Assembly: GCA_044375955.1 (NCBI GenBank)
Contig: JBILLS010000002.1
Location: 86,025-150,024 of the forward strand
Length of the DNA stretch: 64,000 bases
Reading direction: 5' to 3'
DNA from: Candidatus Nanopelagicales bacterium
GTDB taxonomy: Bacteria > Actinomycetota > Actinomycetes > S36-B12
In this document: positions 35,370-48,149 of the stretch, piece by piece
Position numbering within the stretch: the first letter of the stretch is position 1
Layout of the letters: each line of letters opens with the position of its first letter
The notes under the pieces: model-generated
What the model saw: only the letters and a program-made list of their open reading frames with translations
Told to the model about the DNA's origin: nothing
Databases searched by the model: none
Made by a program: the position numbers and the translations under genes

Positions 35370-35821
35370 CACTCGATCACCACGCCTTCATGGCGCGCGC
35401 GATCGAGTTGGCACATGACGCAGGCGATGCCGGAGACGTGCCCATCGGTGCGGTGGTCGTAGATCCAGCAGGAGTCATCATCGGCGAGGGCGCCAATCGC
35501 CGCGAACGGGACCGTGATCCCACCGCTCACGCCGAGATCATCGCCCTGCGCGCAGCAGCACGTGCGCGAGACGATTGGCGACTCACGGACTGCACGATGT
35601 ATGTGACGTTGGAACCGTGTCCGATGTGTGCGGGTGCGTGCGCCATGTCGCGCCTGGGCCGACTGGTGATCGGTGCGTGGAACGAGGAATACGGGGCCGT
35701 CGGCTCGCGGTGGGATCTCGTGCGGGACCCACGGCTCGGTCACCGCGTCGAAGTCGTGAGCGGAATCGAGAGCGGTGCATGTGCGGCGCTGGTACGCGAC
35801 TTCCTCGGAGGACGCCGGTAA
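35366..35821 (+). CDS. tadA: tRNA adenosine(34) deaminase
   Basis: 151-aa ORF with the CDA zinc motifs HAEIIAL and TLEPCPMCAGA. Confidence 0.9.
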   Translation: MTLDHHAFMARAIELAHDAGDAGDVPIGAVVVDPAGVIIGEGANRRERDRDPTAHAEIIALRAAARARDDWRLTDCTMYVTLEPCPMCAGACAMSRLGRLVIGAWNEEYGAVGSRWDLVRDPRLGHRVEVVSGIESGACAALVRDFLGGRR

Positions 35822-35858
35822 CCAGCGCGGGTACAGTGTTTGCGCTTGGGGAGGTGGC

Positions 35859-36446
35859 ATGACGGGTTTGCGACCACTGGGTCGTCGTCGGCGGGCGCGC
35901 CCCCTCTGGCTCACCGTCGTCCTGATCGTCGTGGCGATGGCCGTGGTCTTCGGGCTGGGCTTCGGAGTCGCGACGCTGATCCGCGGTGATTCACTTCCGC
36001 TGACCACGGCACCCACGACGTCACCGTCGCCATCCCCGAGTCCGTGCATGACCACGATGGTCACGCCCGCGCAGGAGCTTCCTATCAAGGATGACGTCGT
36101 CCTCAACATCTACAACTCGACAAAGAAGAAGGGACTCGCCGCCCAGGTGGCTCTCGACTTCAAGCGCGAGGGCTTCCGGATCAACAAGATCGAGAACGAT
36201 CCGCGCGATGCCCGAGTCAAAGGCGTCGCCGAGATCCGGTTCGGACCCAATGCGGCCGATGCGGCCAAGCTCGTGGAGTACTACCTCGCGGGTGCCACCA
36301 TGGTGGAACTCGATCGGACAAGTGACCGAGTGGATGTGGCCGTGGGTCGGGGGTACACGCAACTCGCCGACGGCGGTGCGGTCGCAGCGGCGCTGGCGAA
36401 ACCCGTGCCGCAACTATCCGGGCCGGGGTGCCCGCAGGAGGAGTAG
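35859..36446 (+). CDS. Membrane-anchored LytR_C (LytR/CpsA/Psr C-terminal) domain protein
   Basis: Start at MTGLRPLGRRRRARP (ATG 35859, GGAGGTGG upstream). TM helix, Pro/Ser/Thr linker, then VLNIYNSTKKKGLAAQVA...VAVGRGY, which is typical of LytR_C. Confidence 0.65.
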   Translation: MTGLRPLGRRRRARPLWLTVVLIVVAMAVVFGLGFGVATLIRGDSLPLTTAPTTSPSPSPSPCMTTMVTPAQELPIKDDVVLNIYNSTKKKGLAAQVALDFKREGFRINKIENDPRDARVKGVAEIRFGPNAADAAKLVEYYLAGATMVELDRTSDRVDVAVGRGYTQLADGGAVAAALAKPVPQLSGPGCPQEE

Positions 36447-36482
36447 TCCGACGAGCCCCTGGGGGACTCGACGGATGTGTGG

Positions 36483-36569
36483 CGGTGGCGGTGGGATTTG
36501 AACCCACGGTGAGGTTGCCCCCACACGCGCTTTCGAGGCGCGCTCCTTTGGCCGCTCGGACACGCCACC
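36483..36569 (-). tRNA. tRNA-Ser (anticodon CGA)
   Basis: Reverse complement folds as acceptor GGTGGCG/CGCCACC, anticodon arm CGCGC-CTCGAAA-GCGCG, long variable arm, T arm GTGGG-TTCAAAT-CCCAC. CCA is encoded (36480-36482). Confidence 0.9.
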
Positions 36570-36588
36570 GCGGGAGAGGGTACAGACG

Positions 36589-36621
36589 GGAAAAAGAACG
36601 AGGGCGGCTAGGCCGCCCTCG
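36589..36621 (-). terminator. Intrinsic terminator between the two tRNA-Ser genes
   Basis: On the minus strand: CGAGGGCGGC-cta-GCCGCCCTCG (10-bp stem) followed by TTCTTTTTCC. Confidence 0.7.
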
Positions 36622-36626
36622 TGGCG

Positions 36627-36711
36627 CGGAGGATACGGGATTTGAACCCGTGAGGGGTTGCCCCCAACACGCTTTCCAAGCGTGCGCCCTAGGCCACTAG
36701 GCGAATCCTCC
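36627..36711 (-). tRNA. tRNA-Ser (anticodon GGA)
   Basis: Reverse complement folds as acceptor GGAGGAT/ATCCTCC, anticodon arm CACGC-TTGGAAA-GCGTG, long variable arm, T arm ACGGG-TTCAAAT-CCCGT. Confidence 0.9.
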
Positions 36712-36744
36712 GCCGAGGAGGGTACCCAGGTGCGCGTACAGTGG

Positions 36745-36843
36745 TGAGCGACCCCTCGCGCGGTGTCACCTCGCTCAACCCCCCCAGGGCCGGAAGGCAG
36801 CAAGGGTAGGCGGGCTCTGATAGGTGCGCGAGGGGTCCCGCTG
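36745..36843 (+). ncRNA. ffs: Signal recognition particle RNA (small bacterial 4.5S type); ends approximate
   Basis: Conserved domain IV core CAGGGCCGGAAGGCAGCAAGGGTAG (compare E. coli CAGGUCCGGAAGGAAGCAGCCAAGGCAG). The flanking helix CCCCTCGCGC...GCGCGAGGGG closes the hairpin. Its position upstream of dnaX matches other actinobacteria. Confidence 0.75.
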
Positions 36844-36896
36844 TGCAGGACGAAGTGCAGATCACGAGTGTCGGCGCCCGCATTAGGGTGGCGGCT

Positions 36897-38654
36897 GTGT
36901 CCACGGCGCTGTATCGCACATATCGGCCTTCACGCCTTGACGACGTCGTCGGACAGGACCACATCACCGGCCCGCTGCGCCGTGCACTCGACAACGATCG
37001 CATCCACCATGCGTACCTGTTCTCAGGGCCGCGCGGCTGCGGGAAGACATCGACCGCCCGCATTCTCGCCCGGTCGCTGAACTGCGAGAAGGGTCCGACC
37101 CCCGATCCCTGCGGCACCTGCCGAAGCTGTGTGGAGTTGGCCGCCGAGGGCCCCGGCTCGATCGACGTCATCGAACTCGACGCCGCGAGTCACGGCAGTG
37201 TGGAAGACACGCGACTCCTTCGGGAACGCGCCGTCTTCGCCCCGGTGTCCTCGCGCTACAAGATCTACATCATCGATGAGGCCCACATGATTTCCACCCA
37301 GGGCTTCAATGCGCTCCTCAAGCTCGTCGAGGAACCACCGGAGCACGTCCGCTTCATCTTCGCGACGACGGAGGCGGAGAAGGTCCTCCCCACGATCCGG
37401 TCGCGTACCCATAACTACTCATTCCGCCTGGTGCCCGCCAAGGTGCTCCAGGAGCATCTCGCCTGGGTCTGCGCCGAGGAGGGGATCGACGCCGAACCCG
37501 CCGCTCTCGCTCTTGTGGCGCGCTCCGGTGGTGGGAGCGTCCGCGACTCCCTGTCGTTACTCGGCCAGGTCATCGCCGGTGCGGGATCCGCGGGAGTGAC
37601 CTACGCGGATGCCGTCGTGCAGCTGGGCATGACCGACTCCGCTCTTCTCGACGACGTCGTCGATGCGCTCGCGGCGCACGACGGTGCACAACTCCTCCGG
37701 GTGATCGACCGGGTGATCGACGCAGGTCACGACCCCCGGCGTTTCGCGGGCGACCTGTTGGAGCGACTACGTGATCTCATCGTCTTGCAGAACATCCCGG
37801 AAGCAGCCGAGTCCGGGTTGATCGATGCTCCCGAGGATCAGATCGCCCGAGAGGTAGCCCAGGCGCAGGCGATCAGCCCTGCGGGTGTGAGCCGTGCCGC
37901 GGACATCGTGAGCGCCACCCTCGGCACACTCAAGGGAGCCTCGTCCCCGCGGCTGCAACTCGAACTCATGGCCGCACGCCTGGTCATCCCAGCTGCAGAC
38001 GAATCACCCAGTGGGCTGCGTGCCCGCATCGACCAGCTGGAGCGCTCGATGACGGCGGGCGTGCCTCCAGCCCCGGTCGCCGCGTCGGCACCCTCGCCCG
38101 CACCACCCCCCAAGTTGTCAGAGGTCGCTCCGTCCAGTTCCGAACCGGTCGAGCCGAAGGCCCCCCCGAAGAAACCTGCCAAAGCCGCCGCGCAGAAGAA
38201 AGCCCCTGCACCGGATCCGGGGAAGTCAGCGGACACGGGGAAGCCCGGTGGCAAGGAAATGGGCGTCGCCGATTTCGTCACGATGTGGCCGGCCATCCTC
38301 GATGCACTCAAGGGTTACAGCCGGGTCGCCTGGATGGCATTCGCCGACTCGCGCCCGGTGTCCGTATCGAATGGTGTGCTCGCGGTCGGACTGGACAGTC
38401 AGGGCAAGATCAACAACACCCGATCGAGTGGGCACGATGAACGCCTCCGTCATTCGATCCTCGATGTGATGCGCGTGGACATGACCGTCGATGTCGTGTT
38501 GGTCCCCGACGTCGTCGGCGTGAAGGCAACTCCCGGTGCGGACGAGGAATCCGATGTCCCGAGTCGCGACGACGCCACGGTCGATGAGGCCACCGGTGTC
38601 GATCTTGCGATGCAGCAGTTGGGCGCCACCACGATCGGTGAGATCGAGCACTGA
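36897..38654 (+). CDS. dnaX: DNA polymerase III subunit gamma/tau
   Basis: ORF 36843..38654. Start chosen at GTG 36897 ([11 protein letters not shown]). Walker [10 protein letters not shown], zinc module CGTCRSC, box IYIIDEAHM. Pro/Ala-rich linker and an actinobacterial C-terminal domain. Confidence 0.92.
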   Translation: MSTALYRTYRPSRLDDVVGQDHITGPLRRALDNDRIHHAYLFSGPRGCGKTSTARILARSLNCEKGPTPDPCGTCRSCVELAAEGPGSIDVIELDAASHGSVEDTRLLRERAVFAPVSSRYKIYIIDEAHMISTQGFNALLKLVEEPPEHVRFIFATTEAEKVLPTIRSRTHNYSFRLVPAKVLQEHLAWVCAEEGIDAEPAALALVARSGGGSVRDSLSLLGQVIAGAGSAGVTYADAVVQLGMTDSALLDDVVDALAAHDGAQLLRVIDRVIDAGHDPRRFAGDLLERLRDLIVLQNIPEAAESGLIDAPEDQIAREVAQAQAISPAGVSRAADIVSATLGTLKGASSPRLQLELMAARLVIPAADESPSGLRARIDQLERSMTAGVPPAPVAASAPSPAPPPKLSEVAPSSSEPVEPKAPPKKPAKAAAQKKAPAPDPGKSADTGKPGGKEMGVADFVTMWPAILDALKGYSRVAWMAFADSRPVSVSNGVLAVGLDSQGKINNTRSSGHDERLRHSILDVMRVDMTVDVVLVPDVVGVKATPGADEESDVPSRDDATVDEATGVDLAMQQLGATTIGEIEH

Positions 38655-39250
38655 TGTACGACGGTGCTGTCCAGGATTTGATCGATGAACTCGGGCGGCT
38701 GCCGGGTGTGGGCCCGAAGAGCGCCCAACGCATCGCCTTCCACATCCTGTCTGCAGACCCCGCGGATGTCGAAGCCCTCGCCACAGCGCTGCGCACGGTG
38801 AAGGAGAAGGTCCACTTCTGCACCATCTGCGGAAACATCGCCGAGTCCGACACCTGCCGCGTGTGCGCAGACCCCAAGCGCGACACCTCGATCATCTGCG
38901 TGGTCGAGGAACCCAAGGACGTCATCGCTATCGAGAAGACCCGTGAGTTCCGCGGCCGCTACCACGTGCTCGGGGGTTCGATCAACCCGATCGAAGGTGT
39001 GGGCCCCGATGACCTGCGCATCCGTGAGCTCATGCAGCGACTATCGGATTCCACGATCACCGAGGTGATCCTCGCGACGGACCCGAACCTCGAGGGTGAG
39101 GCAACCGCAACGTATCTGGCACGCACGATCGCCCCGCTGGGCATCGCTGTCTCGCGACTCGCGAGCGGACTGCCCGTCGGCGGTGACCTGGAATACGCCG
39201 ATGAGGTGACTCTCGGTCGGGCGTTCCAAGGGCGTCGCCGCCTCGACTAG
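38654..39250 (+). CDS. recR: Recombination protein RecR
   Basis: 198-aa ORF with HhH ([15 protein letters not shown]), a C4 zinc finger (CTICGN...CRVC) and a Toprim domain. Its ATG shares one base with the dnaX TGA. Confidence 0.93.
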   Translation: MYDGAVQDLIDELGRLPGVGPKSAQRIAFHILSADPADVEALATALRTVKEKVHFCTICGNIAESDTCRVCADPKRDTSIICVVEEPKDVIAIEKTREFRGRYHVLGGSINPIEGVGPDDLRIRELMQRLSDSTITEVILATDPNLEGEATATYLARTIAPLGIAVSRLASGLPVGGDLEYADEVTLGRAFQGRRRLD

Positions 39251-39292
39251 CACCGTGAGCGGAATTCCCGCGCGCCGATAGACTTTCGGCTT

Positions 39293-42386
<3,094 letters not shown>

Positions 42387-42437
42387 GGTGTCTCCCTCGC
42401 GTCAGTACAGCAGTCGAGTTCTCGACTGTCTGCTGAG

Positions 42438-42511
<74 letters not shown>

Positions 42512-42539
42512 AGTCGCCGTGCTGGCGAGCCTGCGGAGT

Positions 42540-43457
42540 CTAGCCGACGGAGTCGGTGCGAGTTCCCGGCGTCTCGGTTGGGGCTACGAGGGTCAGCAGG
42601 GTGGCCTCCGGCGGACATGCGAACCGGAACGGCGCGTACGGGCTCGTCCCCAATCCAGCCGAGACATGGAGCGCGCTGTCTCCGTGCGAGGAGAGTCCGC
42701 GGGCCCGCTGGGTATCGAGATCACAGTTTGTGACGAGGGCTCCGTAGCCCGGAACGCGCAACTGACCACCGTGGGTATGACCCGCAACGATCAGATCAGC
42801 ACCATCGGCAGCCATCGGATCGAGTACTCGCAGGTAGGGCGCGTGCGTCACTGCGAGTGCGAGATCCGCGTCTTCGGCGAAGGCTCCGGCCACCATCGAG
42901 TAGTCATCACGGCCGATGTGCGGATCGTCCACACCACGCACATCGATCTCTCGACCATCGGCTTTGAGTGTGGCGCGGGAGTTGGACAGGTCGATCCATC
43001 CGGCATCCGTCAGGCCGGCAACGAGATCCGGCCACGGCAACATAGGTCGGCGCGGTTCGAGTTGCGATGGTCCGGACAGGTACTTCGCCGGATTGATCGG
43101 TCGCGGTCCGAAGTAATCGTTGCTTCCCAGAACAAAGGCACCCGGGATATCGAAGAGTGGTTCGAGGGTGTGGAGGACGTCGGGGATCGCTTCCGCGTGG
43201 GAGAGGAAGTCACCGGTCACCACGACGGCGTCGGGGCGCAGTTCGAGGAGGGATCGCACCCACCGTTGCTTGCGATGTTGGCCGGGAACGAGGTGCAGAT
43301 CCGACAGGTGCAGCATGCGCAGGGGTGGTTGGCCGCTGCGCAGGACGGGCACCGTGGCTCTTCGGAGGGTGAAGTTCTGCGCCTCCCAGCGTGCGTAGGC
43401 GAGCCCTGCGACACCGGCAGCCAGGACTGCCGCGGAGGTCAGCATGGTCCGGCGCAT
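42540..43457 (-). CDS. Membrane-anchored metallophosphoesterase
   Basis: 305-aa ORF with LHLSDLHL, VTGDF, GSNDY and GHTHGGQ motifs. Confidence 0.85.
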   Translation of the reverse strand: MRRTMLTSAAVLAAGVAGLAYARWEAQNFTLRRATVPVLRSGQPPLRMLHLSDLHLVPGQHRKQRWVRSLLELRPDAVVVTGDFLSHAEAIPDVLHTLEPLFDIPGAFVLGSNDYFGPRPINPAKYLSGPSQLEPRRPMLPWPDLVAGLTDAGWIDLSNSRATLKADGREIDVRGVDDPHIGRDDYSMVAGAFAEDADLALAVTHAPYLRVLDPMAADGADLIVAGHTHGGQLRVPGYGALVTNCDLDTQRARGLSSHGDSALHVSAGLGTSPYAPFRFACPPEATLLTLVAPTETPGTRTDSVG

Positions 43458-43492
43458 TTCACCAGTCTCCCATGCGCTGCCAGGATGTACCC

Positions 43493-43957
43493 ATGACGAG
43501 CATGAAGGACCGCATTCAGGGTGATCTGACCACCGCCATGAAGGCCCGTGACGAGGTGTCCTCGAGCACGTTGCGCATGGTGTTGACGGCTGTCACCAAC
43601 GAGGAAGTCTCCGGCAAGACCGCGCGCGTCCTCACGGATGAGGATGTGGTGACGGTGCTGGGTCGTGAAGCCAAGAAGCGCAAGGAAGCAGCCGAGGCGT
43701 ATGACGCTGCGCAACGGCCCGAGTTGGCTGCCCGTGAGCGCGCCGAGTTAGCGGTCATCGAGGGGTATCTCCCGGAGCAGCTCAGCGAGGACGACGTGCG
43801 TGCGATCGTCGACGCGGCCGTGGCCCAGGTCACCTCGACCGGTGCATCCGGTGGCGCCGCGATGGGTCAGGTGATGAAGATCGTGCAGCCGCAGGTGAAA
43901 GGGAAGGCCGACGGCGGTCAGGTCGCCGCGTTGGTGAAGTCCGCCCTGGGGATGTGA
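43493..43957 (+). CDS. GatB/YqeY-domain protein
   Basis: Start at MTSMKDRIQGDLTTAMKARD. YqeY-like throughout (REAKKRKEAAEAY...AELAVIEGYLP). Confidence 0.8.
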   Translation: MTSMKDRIQGDLTTAMKARDEVSSSTLRMVLTAVTNEEVSGKTARVLTDEDVVTVLGREAKKRKEAAEAYDAAQRPELAARERAELAVIEGYLPEQLSEDDVRAIVDAAVAQVTSTGASGGAAMGQVMKIVQPQVKGKADGGQVAALVKSALGM

Positions 43958-43964
43958 CGGCCGC

Positions 43965-46484
43965 TCACCCTTGCGGCCGGGCCGCGCTGTTGTCGAAGGT
44001 ATCCGAACTTGGGCCACCCGCGGCCACTGTCAAGGTGATCACCGTCCCGTAGGGGAGCAGGGTGTTCATGTCGCTCGATTGAGCGATGACGGTGCCCGCC
44101 TCGAGATTCGGGGCATCGGCGGTCACCGAGGTAACTTCGAAGCCTGCGTTGTTCATCAAGGTCGTTGCATCCTGCAACGGTGCACCGCGTACCTCGGGCA
44201 CGACACTGATGCCGCTGCCGACGATGACCGTGACCTGGGTTCCGGGTGCCGACCGCGTACCTGCCGCCGGGGACTGGCCGATCACCTCACCCGCGGCACC
44301 CGGTCCATCCGACGGCGTCACCGCGCCGAGGAGGAAGCCACCCTCGGCCAGCGCCGCCTGGATCTCTTCCACGGTGAGCATCCCGCTCAAGTCGGGCACC
44401 GTGGGTGCATTCGTCAGCGACGTCACCTGATCGGTCTCCAGGGAGAACCGCAGCACCGGTTTCGCTTCGAGGGCCGTCTCCATCGACTGCTTCCAGATCG
44501 GTCCGGGCAGGCTCCCGCCGAACACCTGCGAGTAGTAGGTGCCGTTGATCGTGATGTCCTTCATTGGGTACGCGAATCCACCGCGCGGATCGCCCACCCA
44601 GACGGCGGCTGCGAGTTGGGGTGTGTATCCCGCGAACCACACGGCCGCCGACTCGTTCGTGGTTCCGGTCTTGCCAGCGACCGGACGGTCGCCGAGTGAC
44701 ATGCGCGCACCGGTGCGCCCGCGCAACGGACCATCGACCACTCCGATGAGCAGTTCGGTCACCGAGTCGGCAACGGGCCGATCGATGACCTGGCGGCAGC
44801 CCGCGGAGGGGATCGGGAGTGAGTTCCCATCGCGATCGAGCATGTCGCTGATGGCGATGGGGCGGCAGTACTCACCGTGGGCCGCGAAGGTGGCGTACCC
44901 GTTGGCCATACCGAGGGGTGTGACCTCGACCGAGCCGAGGGTGAGGGAGGGGACACGACTCAGCGGCTCGCCGCTCCCGCGGTAGACGCCCGTCGACTCC
45001 GCGATATCCGCGACCGCGCAGATTCCTGCACGTTCCTCAATCGCCATGAAGTAGGTATTCGTCGAGTAGGCGGTTGCCTGCGCCATGTTCAGCGTCCCGG
45101 ACGTCGTGCTGTTGTTCACCGTCACCGGTGGGAAGAGCGCGCCCGTCTCACAGTTCACGAAGTTGGTGAACGTGTTGGGGCTCGGTGACGGGATGTACTC
45201 GTAGGGCGAGACACCTGCGTCCAGGGCAGCGGCCAGGGTGAAGATCTTGAAGGTCGATCCCGCCTGCATTCCGATGGTGCCACCCATGTCCTGACCGACG
45301 TTGTAGTTGTAGGTGGTCTTTCCGATCCCGGCTGTTCCCCACTCGCGATTCTGGGTCATCGCGATGATGTGTCCGGTCCCCGGTTCGATCATCGAGATGG
45401 CGGCAGCCTTGCGGCTGGGATCGTCCGGGGGGATGAACGAGTTCACCGCTTCCGTCGCACCGCGTTGCGCGACGGGATCCAGTGTGGTGCGAATCGTGTA
45501 GCCGCCGCGGCGCAGGAAGGCCTCCCGTTCCTCCGGTGTCGCACCGAAGACCGGGTCCGTGCGGATGGTCTGCAGGACGTAGTCGCAGAAGAAGGGCGCG
45601 TAGGACGACGTGCACCCATTCGAGACCGCGCGTGGTCGCAGGGTGCCTTCGATCGGGATGGCCTTGAGCCGCTCGGCCTCGTCCGGCGTCAGATAGCCCT
45701 GATTGGCCATGCGGGTGAGCACGACGTTGCGTCGTTCCTGGCTGCGCTCGGGGTTGCGTAAGGGGTCGTAGGCGGTGGGCTGCTTGACGATTCCGGCGAG
45801 CGTGGCGGCCTCGACGGGTGTGAGTTCAGCGGCGGACTTATCGAAGTACCGCCGGGCGGCCGCCTCGACTCCGTACGCACCGGCGCCGAAGTAGGCGATG
45901 TTGAGGTAGCGCGCGAGGATCTCGCTCTTGGTGTAGCGCTTCTCGAGGGCGATCGCGTAACGCACCTCGCGGATCTTGCGCGCAGTGTTGTCACCGCGGG
46001 CCTCCTCGAGTTCCTCAGGGTTCGTGGCTTGGTTGACGAGCACGTTCTTGACGTACTGCATCGTCAGGGTGGAGGCACCCTCCTGGATTCCCCCTGCCGT
46101 GGTATTCCGCGCGAGTGCGCGTGCCACGCCGCGGACGTCGACGCCGTTGTGATCGAGAAAGCGCGAGTCTTCGATCGAGATGATCGCCTGGCGCATCGCC
46201 GGGGAGATGCTCTCGAAGGGCACCTCGATGCGGTTTTGGTAGAAGAGCTGGGCGATGAGGGACCCGTCGGAGGCAAGGATCACCGTGCGCTCCGGCAGCG
46301 GTGGCTCGGCGAGGGTGGTGGGAAGGGTCTCGAACTGCCGGACCGCGTCCCGGGTGAGCACCCCGGCGCCCCCGGCGATCGGAAGCAGCATCAGCCCGAG
46401 GATGACCCCGGCCAGCACCGACCCCAGGGCCAAGGCGAGGACCCGGCCCATGAGGGTCACCGGCGTCGAAGGGCTCACTTTCAT
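43965..46484 (-). CDS. ponA: Class A penicillin-binding protein (glycosyltransferase + transpeptidase) with two C-terminal PASTA-like repeats
   Basis: 839-aa ORF with GT51 motifs (IEDSRFLDHNGVD, GASTLTMQYVKN), the transpeptidase SxxK (GSTFK) and KTGT. Confidence 0.9.
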   Translation of the reverse strand: MKVSPSTPVTLMGRVLALALGSVLAGVILGLMLLPIAGGAGVLTRDAVRQFETLPTTLAEPPLPERTVILASDGSLIAQLFYQNRIEVPFESISPAMRQAIISIEDSRFLDHNGVDVRGVARALARNTTAGGIQEGASTLTMQYVKNVLVNQATNPEELEEARGDNTARKIREVRYAIALEKRYTKSEILARYLNIAYFGAGAYGVEAAARRYFDKSAAELTPVEAATLAGIVKQPTAYDPLRNPERSQERRNVVLTRMANQGYLTPDEAERLKAIPIEGTLRPRAVSNGCTSSYAPFFCDYVLQTIRTDPVFGATPEEREAFLRRGGYTIRTTLDPVAQRGATEAVNSFIPPDDPSRKAAAISMIEPGTGHIIAMTQNREWGTAGIGKTTYNYNVGQDMGGTIGMQAGSTFKIFTLAAALDAGVSPYEYIPSPSPNTFTNFVNCETGALFPPVTVNNSTTSGTLNMAQATAYSTNTYFMAIEERAGICAVADIAESTGVYRGSGEPLSRVPSLTLGSVEVTPLGMANGYATFAAHGEYCRPIAISDMLDRDGNSLPIPSAGCRQVIDRPVADSVTELLIGVVDGPLRGRTGARMSLGDRPVAGKTGTTNESAAVWFAGYTPQLAAAVWVGDPRGGFAYPMKDITINGTYYSQVFGGSLPGPIWKQSMETALEAKPVLRFSLETDQVTSLTNAPTVPDLSGMLTVEEIQAALAEGGFLLGAVTPSDGPGAAGEVIGQSPAAGTRSAPGTQVTVIVGSGISVVPEVRGAPLQDATTLMNNAGFEVTSVTADAPNLEAGTVIAQSSDMNTLLPYGTVITLTVAAGGPSSDTFDNSAARPQG

Positions 46485-46698
46485 CAGACTCCAGCGTAGG
46501 CAGGGGGGTTCCTGGGATGGGGGAGGCAGACGCCCCGCCGGACGGCACTGACCATCCCACCGGGTCCCGGAGGCCGCCGAGAGGTGGGTGGGAAGCCAGG
46601 GAACCCTGGGAAGGGTGAGACGAAAGTGTTATCGATCGGACTATTGACCCCATATCGGCGGACGGCCATAGTTCATCCACCTCCGGGGTGCAGCCGGG

Positions 46699-47022
46699 GT
46701 GGGGAGGGATGACGTGCTCGACAGCGATTGGGCGGCCCAGGCGGCCTGCCGTTCGTGCGACCCCGATGCCCTGTTCGTCCAAGGTGCCGCCCAGAACCGC
46801 GCGAAGGCGATCTGCGTGGGCTGTTCCGTGCGCACCGAGTGCCTCGCGGATGCCCTCGACAACCGCGTGGAGTTCGGTGTGTGGGGTGGCATGACCGAGC
46901 GGGAGCGCCGCGCGCTCCTTCGCCGGCGGCCGAACGTGACGTCGTGGCGCAATCTCTTGGAGACCGCGCAGAGCGAATACGAGCGTCAGATCATCCTGAC
47001 CTCGCGCGAACGCGCGAGCTAG
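46699..47022 (+). CDS. WhiB-family [4Fe-4S] transcriptional regulator (WhiB4-like by neighbourhood)
   Basis: 107-aa ORF with Cys pattern C..C...CVGCSVRTEC, the GVWGG turn and a basic tail. It lies next to ponA and the two ArsA-like ATPases, as whiB4 does in M. tuberculosis. Confidence 0.85.
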   Translation: MGRDDVLDSDWAAQAACRSCDPDALFVQGAAQNRAKAICVGCSVRTECLADALDNRVEFGVWGGMTERERRALLRRRPNVTSWRNLLETAQSEYERQIILTSRERAS

Positions 47023-48149
47023 AGGAGCTCACCGATTCGCCGCAGTCCGGCGAGATCGTGCACGTCCTCGGGTAGCGCCGGCACGCGTGCGACCGCGACC
47101 ATGGGGTGCGCGGCAGTGAAGCGACCGATCACATGCTCCTGACGTTCCGCCATCTGGATACGCGCGGCGTGCTCACGCAGCAGTGCGGCCGTGATCCGAC
47201 CATCCTCGGTGGCCGTCGCACCCGTGGCCTCCAACTCCTGCGCCGCAGCAGTCGCCTGATCCGCCCCGAGCAGAGTTGACACCTGCTGCACCCGATTCAC
47301 CACCAGTCCGGCCAGGGGCATGTCCTCGGCGCGAAGCCGCTCGACGAAGTAGGCGGCCTCACGCAGCGCATCCGGCTCGGGGGTTGCCACGACCACGAAC
47401 GCGGTACCCCGTTCCTTGAGCTGCGCGTATGTGGCATCCGCGCGTTCACGGAATCCACCGAATGTCGTGTCGATGGCTACCACGAAGGTGCCGATGTCGG
47501 CGAGCACCTGTGCTCCGAGCACCTTGCTCAACACATTGGTGAAGATGCCGAACCCCACTGCAGCCAGCCGACCGAGACCACGTCCGGCACCGCGCGCGGG
47601 TGCCGTCAGGATGCGGATGAAACGTCCATCGAGGAAAGTTCCGAGGCGTCTCGGTGCATCAAGGAAGTCCAGCGCGCTCCGCGATGGCGGGGTGTCGACG
47701 ATGATGAGATCCCAGGTTCCATCTGCATCGGATTGACTCCGCAACTGCCCGAGTTTCTCCATCGCCATGTACTCCTGTGTCCCGGCGAAGGATGAGGACA
47801 GAGCCTGGTAAAACGGATTGGCAAGGATCTGGGCGGCGCGCTCGGGATCAGCATGGGCTTCCACAACCTCGTCGAATGTCCGCTTCATGTCGAGCATCAT
47901 CGCGTCGAGTGATCCGTTCGCGATGCCTGAGACGGCGCTCGGGGAGTTGTCCAGTCGCGAGAGACCCATCGCCTGCGCGAGTCGCTTTGCCGGATCGATG
48001 GTGAGCACGCACACCCTGCGCCCTCGTTCGGCGGCGCGGACACCCAGGGCTGCAGCCGTCGTGGTCTTACCCACGCCACCGGAACCCGTGCACACAATCG
48101 TCCGGGTGAGGCGATCGTCGATCAGCGCGTCAAGGTCGAAGTCGGTCAT
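47019..48149 (-). CDS. ArsA/Get3-like P-loop ATPase (second of pair)
   Basis: Start at MTDFDLDALIDD (ATG 48149, ATGA overlap with the upstream stop). P-loop GSGGVGKTT. The long N-terminal extension in the ORF track is rejected. Confidence 0.8.
   Translation of the reverse strand: MTDFDLDALIDDRLTRTIVCTGSGGVGKTTTAAALGVRAAERGRRVCVLTIDPAKRLAQAMGLSRLDNSPSAVSGIANGSLDAMMLDMKRTFDEVVEAHADPERAAQILANPFYQALSSSFAGTQEYMAMEKLGQLRSQSDADGTWDLIIVDTPPSRSALDFLDAPRRLGTFLDGRFIRILTAPARGAGRGLGRLAAVGFGIFTNVLSKVLGAQVLADIGTFVVAIDTTFGGFRERADATYAQLKERGTAFVVVATPEPDALREAAYFVERLRAEDMPLAGLVVNRVQQVSTLLGADQATAAAQELEATGATATEDGRITAALLREHAARIQMAERQEHVIGRFTAAHPMVAVARVPALPEDVHDLAGLRRIGELL

Noticed and set aside
36843-36896. Upstream GTG 36843 as the dnaX start
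   Set aside because: It would overlap the 3' end of the SRP RNA. The conserved DnaX N-terminus ([10 protein letters not shown]) begins at GTG 36897, with a purine-rich stretch upstream.
46484-46669. 61-codon minus-strand ORF ending in TGATG on the ponA start (possible coupled uORF)
   Set aside because: The arrangement is attractive, but the peptide is Pro/Gly-rich and low-complexity. Third-position GC bias is clearly weaker than in real genes here, and I see no RBS. It is more likely part of the long ponA/whiB divergent leader. Ribo-seq would settle it.
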